DNA of 64,000 nucleotides from Cirrosporium novae-zelandiae (lineage: Eukaryota), in NCBI GenBank assembly GCA_026023565.1, contig JAPETS010000020.1, positions 1 to 64,000 of the forward strand, read 5' to 3'. How positions within the stretch are numbered: the first letter of the stretch is position 1; each line of letters opens with the position of its first letter. Made by a program: the position numbers and the translations under genes. Shown here piece by piece: positions 59,264 to 64,000 of the stretch. The notes under the pieces are model-generated. The model was not told the origin of the DNA and ran no database searches. It saw nothing but the letters and a program-made list of their open reading frames with translations.

Positions 59264-60456
59264 ATGGCTTCCCATAATGATATTGTATGCTTTTATTATC
59301 CCTTCTCCATACATTCCCATAGAGTAATCCAGTAAGAACACAGGCGCATAAATCTGGAGAAAGCCAGTCAGAATAATACACGTGTATCTAGGTGTCTTGA
59401 ATTCAAAGGCATAGATCATGCTGAATGCGCAAGGACCTATATGCATATGCATCGCTGAGAGTGAAACGTGTCTAATGATCGAGAATCTAGATTCAACCCA
59501 CAACAATGCCCAGGGAGAATCTATGTTTTGGGGGTCAATTATCGAAAAATTCCGGCCATGGCAATGAGCCGAGATATTTTCTGCGATACAACGTTAATAT
59601 TCCGAAAGTTAGAAGAAAGATTTCCCGATGGTGCCCTGAGCGCAGCACGAGGCCAGGAGAGGTCCGTAGAGAAGCTGCCTGAGAGGTGGATAATGAAAGC
59701 GGAGTCCTCGCACGCGCCGTGTCATTGCTTTCTTTTACCTTGCCTATATTTAAAGATGCAAAGTTTATCATAGATCGCCAAGATATGAATGGAAGCTGGT
59801 AGCCAGAATCCTTTGAAGCGATCCGATCAGAAGCTCTGATAGAAATTCGAAAGGACTGTCAACTCCCGGGAACATTTTTGAGCGATGGACGAGATTGGAT
59901 TCTCAATATGGAAATGGAAACCTCAACTGTAGCAGATATCGAGGGTCAGTGCCCAACACAAACATGCGCATATAACGTGCTCTTTGGGTAAATTTAGCTA
60001 ACGTGGGGTACTCCATAACAATATGGTCTTTCCACTGGCTGGTAGAACTCAAAGCCCTTTCTTTCGGGGAATGTGATCTCAAAGAAGTATGATCCTAAAG
60101 TATTTGCATGGATTGAAAGACTCAATACAGTTCTCTCTGCGGCCAAGGATTCGGCGCCCAACCCAACATCGCCGAAGGGGGCGGGTGCATTCAAGCAAAT
60201 TCTTGCGGCCGGTGATGCGGAGGCCGAAGGGAACGTCGCGGATGATCCACTTGGATCAAAGAAAGGACATTATGTTTCAGGGTGGCCAATCGATACAGGC
60301 TCCAATCACCACGATCAAGGACGTTTGGTTGCACTGAAGTTAGATGAGATGGTTATTGCCTCGCCAGCAAACACGGGAGAGAAAGAGATAAGGATCCACA
60401 CTCCTAGAAGACAATTCAGGGTCAAACCGGTCTCTAATGACGAATCGAAGATGTGA
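59264..60456 (+). pseudogene. Disrupted glutathione S-transferase-like gene
   Basis: Recognisable segments (YYPFS, IQPTTMPR, LGVNYRKIP...RDIFCDT, LSDGRDWIL, ADIE, WPIDTGSNHHDQGRLV, IRIHTPR) lie in different frames. At least two frameshifts (~59520, ~59692) and an in-frame TAG at 59800-59802. Confidence 0.75.
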
Positions 60457-62807
60457 ATAATTGCTTTTGTATTAGGCAGACAGATCCATTGATGTTTTGG
60501 GCTTGAGCGACCTAGGCGGTCTGAGAGAACGTTAATCTGCACATGCTGTGATACTCGAGGAACGAAGGTTGAACGAACATAAGAAATCATGAAGCAAATG
60601 GGTACTCCATAGTGACCAAAAATGGGAATTGTAAATGAAGTTGACGATATCCATTGAAGCCATCGAGTCAGAGTAGACACTGTAACGCTGGAATAGCAAT
60701 TGTGGTGCATGACATTTTTGGCCTCAAACTACCGGAGCCCTCCTGCAGACCCGTCCTGTTGCCCACACACGCAAGATGCTTATTTATTATTGTTTTTTCA
60801 GGCAGCACCGACAGGACGGAAGCTTAAGGTACGGTAAGTTTGAATGCTAAAGTGAAAGATGGTGGATATGGTGGTTGACGATCGAGTCAGGATTAAAGAT
60901 GCAAGCCTGGGATGGCAATTTGATACTCCGTAATAGTTCACGGAGATGGCCAATATTGTGTGTTATAAGAAGATAATTGGATGGTGGGGAAGGGGGGGGG
61001 GGGTGGGTGGGAGAAGGGATTCGGAGTCGTGAGAAGGTGGTGAAGGGAGATGCTGGATGACGAAGATGCGTTGCTGCCCAACGTTGGAAGTTGGTAGTAG
61101 GTAGGGAAAGTAGTAGGTAAAGTAGGTAAAAGTAGGTAAAGTAAAGTAGGTAAGTAGGTAAAAGTAGGTACGTAGGTAAGTATGTAGTAAGGTACGACTA
61201 GAAAGTGGTGCGAACAAGGTACTAATTAATTACCTTTACCATCTTTACCATCTAGGCTTGGGCTTGGGTATGAGAAGAGAACTAAAGCTAAAGTCGACAT
61301 TTTTTTAATTATCATTAATCATTACTGTTATTGTTATTAGCCTTTCTGGACCTACCTATGAGCTACATATTAGGCTCCCTTACGCTCTTATGCTCTCTTA
61401 CTGTTGTTTTGGATCTTTTTTTGAAATTATCTGCACCTTGGCTGGTGTAACCGCACTTGTATAACCTCCCGGGATTAATTCTCCAATAAATTAAAGAAAA
61501 AAAGAAAAGAAAAAGAGGCAAAAGCGGTGGAAAAAAAGACCAGTAGTAAGAACTATGAGTCTATGACCCATTTATTGATTATCATCATTGTTGAGTGTAT
61601 TCTTTTTCTCACCTGTTCATCACCGTTGGACATGAAATGGTGCTAATTAAAGCAGCCAGGTAAAAATGCCGAAAAAGGGATTGGTTGTGAAGATGAAATG
61701 TGGAAGATCCAAGCGGCTAGACAAACTATTGGTCCGGATGACAGTGTTTATCTAATGCTCGTGGTTTGGGCAGGTTATGCAAAGCGTCTGACGAGGCTTA
61801 GTTCAAAAGAAAAGACGGGGCTTTTTTTCCCTTCAGCTCTCAGCCCATGCAAAATATACCAATTACTGTACCAACCAACCAACTATACCAACCCATCCCA
61901 CAAACCGACCACCAACCACCAACCGCTACCCACCACCACCACCACCACCACCCACCCCAGCCCAGACCCAGTAACACACATTCCAGCCAATTTAGAACCA
62001 ATGCTTTTGGGCTTTTATGTCTTGTCAAAAATCCACTCAGTCCACCCACAGTCCACTCAGATGTCGATTCAGACTATTTTGTCTCCGCCTACAGGTAGTA
62101 TCCAGTCTTTTCAGTTGCCTCCATCAAACCTTTTGGACCAAACAGAAGTTACAGGCCATCAGCAGAAATCCGCCGCCCGCAATCATTTTCTCGCTAAAAG
62201 GGCTCTTCTTCCTGTCGGGATGAGCCACGTTCCTAGGCTCCCCCGAAACAAACTCCTTGAACTTCCCTGACTATTTCTCACACTACTCACTGCCTGCGTT
62301 CTCTCAATACCGTCTTTCTGTCAGGTCTAATCCTGCTTCCTCTAACCCTCGAGCCTCTCCAATCTTTCCATTTTACATCTCTCTTTTCCATCCCCCAAAA
62401 TATTTCCCTCATCCACCAATATCCGCAACCACAGACACCCCTATCCTCTACTTTCTATCTCCCTTCTATCCTCGATCAAAAGTTATATTCCAACCTTAGA
62501 AGGACCATCGGACTTATTCTGTGCTTTGCAAAATACTGTACAGCTATTTGGCTTCCACAGCCTTCTGGATTTGCTCTTTTACTCTGAGCTTTTTCTCACA
62601 TCCACAGCATTGTCCTTGCCATTCATCTCGGATACCCCTTGTTGCAAAACCCCTTTTTTTCAGCGGCCATCTAATATCCTAAAAATCCCGGTGTTGTGCT
62701 TTGAGTCAAATATCACTCGACATTTCTCCCGTGGACATTACAGTACACATTACCCAAAAAAAGAGCAAAAGGAATCTAGATCACTCTAGTATTTTAGGCA
62801 TTCAAAG

Positions 62808-64000
62808 ATGGCTAGTCGTCCTCCTAAGTACAATGATCGCAGAGAGGAGCCTCCCCGTCCAAGGGAACGACAGAATGAATATTATCTACCCATAGAAGGA
62901 ATAAGTCGCGAAGTCATCCAAGCTGACATATGTCGGTATCTTGGAAATGATGCGCTTGTTCGAGTTGGAGATTATAATGTTGGTGATGCCTGGATCCGCC
63001 GTTAACCGATAAAGCTGATGGTTCAAAAAGGGACGAAGAGGTTATATAATACGAGCTTATCGCAATTTAACAACGGTATGATTCAGCAACTTTTGCTGGT
63101 CAAAGAAACACTGCTGATGAAAAATACCAACGATAGGAAATGATTGCGGATCTGAAAGCTGATTCTGCTCGCTGGGAAAAAGAACGCTACGTGAACGAGC
63201 AGCAAGGCTACGCTTCAGGTAGCCCTGTGCCAGTTCGAGATCCAGATATGGATCGTAGTCCTGACGTTGTCACAGTGCCTTATGGTAATTCTCAAACGCA
63301 TTCCGATCGACAAACTGCAGGTCCTTCAAATTCGCCAATGCCACAGGCGCCCATGCCTACGAGGGACATGCGGGACCCACGGGACATATCTATGAGAGAT
63401 GTACCGATGAGGGATCCCCGCGATATCCGAGATCAGAGTCTTCCGTCTTATGCCCAAGGATACCAGCCACATAATCCAGCTAGTATGGATGCCGCTTATG
63501 GAGCAGTACCACCTAATTATCCCGGAGCACAGGGTCAATTTCCCGTTAGTCAAGGATACCCACCACAGCAAAGCCAGTATGGATATTCTCAACCGCCAGC
63601 AGGGTATGGTCAGGTAGCACCATCCCGTGGTCCCACAGATAGTCCAACACAACAAGAGTCGATGCAGATGTATACCACATCTACCATGGCTCCTAGACAG
63701 GAAGGGTACATGAACCCTCAAACTCATGCAGGTTTACAACCTCGCTACACACCAAATATGGATAGCAATTCACCGCAACAGGCATTTACAGAAACACCAG
63801 ATCAGCAGATGTATTTTGCCACTAGTGCATCATCAGGTGTACAATCATATCCAGTTATGGCGCCTGCCTATGGTGCATCACCCTCATCATTTGATCCAAG
63901 AGGAGAACCAAGGTACGTTGAAAATGGTGGCTTTGCCGCTGAACCCCCAAACCGCGTCCGCCATTCGGAGTCCAGAGAAGGCCCTCCCAGGAGAGATGAT
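62808..64000 (+). CDS. rfeG: RfeG-like putative transcriptional regulator (3' end beyond window)
   Basis: NEYYLPIEGISREVIQADICRYLGNDALVR / GYIIRAYRNLTT / EMIADLKADSARWE spliced across two introns, followed by a Pro/Gln/Tyr-rich tail. Confidence 0.85.

Noticed and set aside
61698..62789. ORFs upstream of the RfeG-like gene
   Set aside because: Pyrimidine-rich promoter or leader sequence with (CAC)n repeats; no protein-like conservation.

Overview
This is eukaryotic nuclear DNA from a filamentous ascomycete (Pezizomycotina-type), judged from short GT-AG introns with CTRAC/CTAAC branch points and typical fungal gene families. The window holds about 18 intact protein-coding genes, one pseudogene, one normal tRNA-Gln(CTG) gene and one anomalous intron-containing tRNA gene, separated by long microsatellite-rich, low-complexity intergenic tracts. 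Conserved genes are PEX19, UBC9, asparagine synthetase, a Ysc84/SYLF protein, a WSC cell-wall sensor, an Arg/Glu/Pro-rich protein, DNA polymerase eta, RNA 3'-phosphate cyclase, DOA1/UFD3, an Inp54-like 5-phosphatase and an RfeG-like regulator that runs off the window end. Two items stand out. (1) A compact four-gene cluster at 15.1-24.4 kb encodes an ABCB transporter, a class-III PLP aminotransferase, an SDR and a P450 whose conserved I-helix Thr is Asn. It has no backbone enzyme, and its two divergent promoters share the motif TCTGACTGnnnTCTGACT. (2) A structurally complete tRNA gene at 9636-9749 has a Gly-like body, a CCT anticodon and non-canonical A32/G33. Exon boundaries were inferred by eye and family calls rest on motif recognition; no searches were run.
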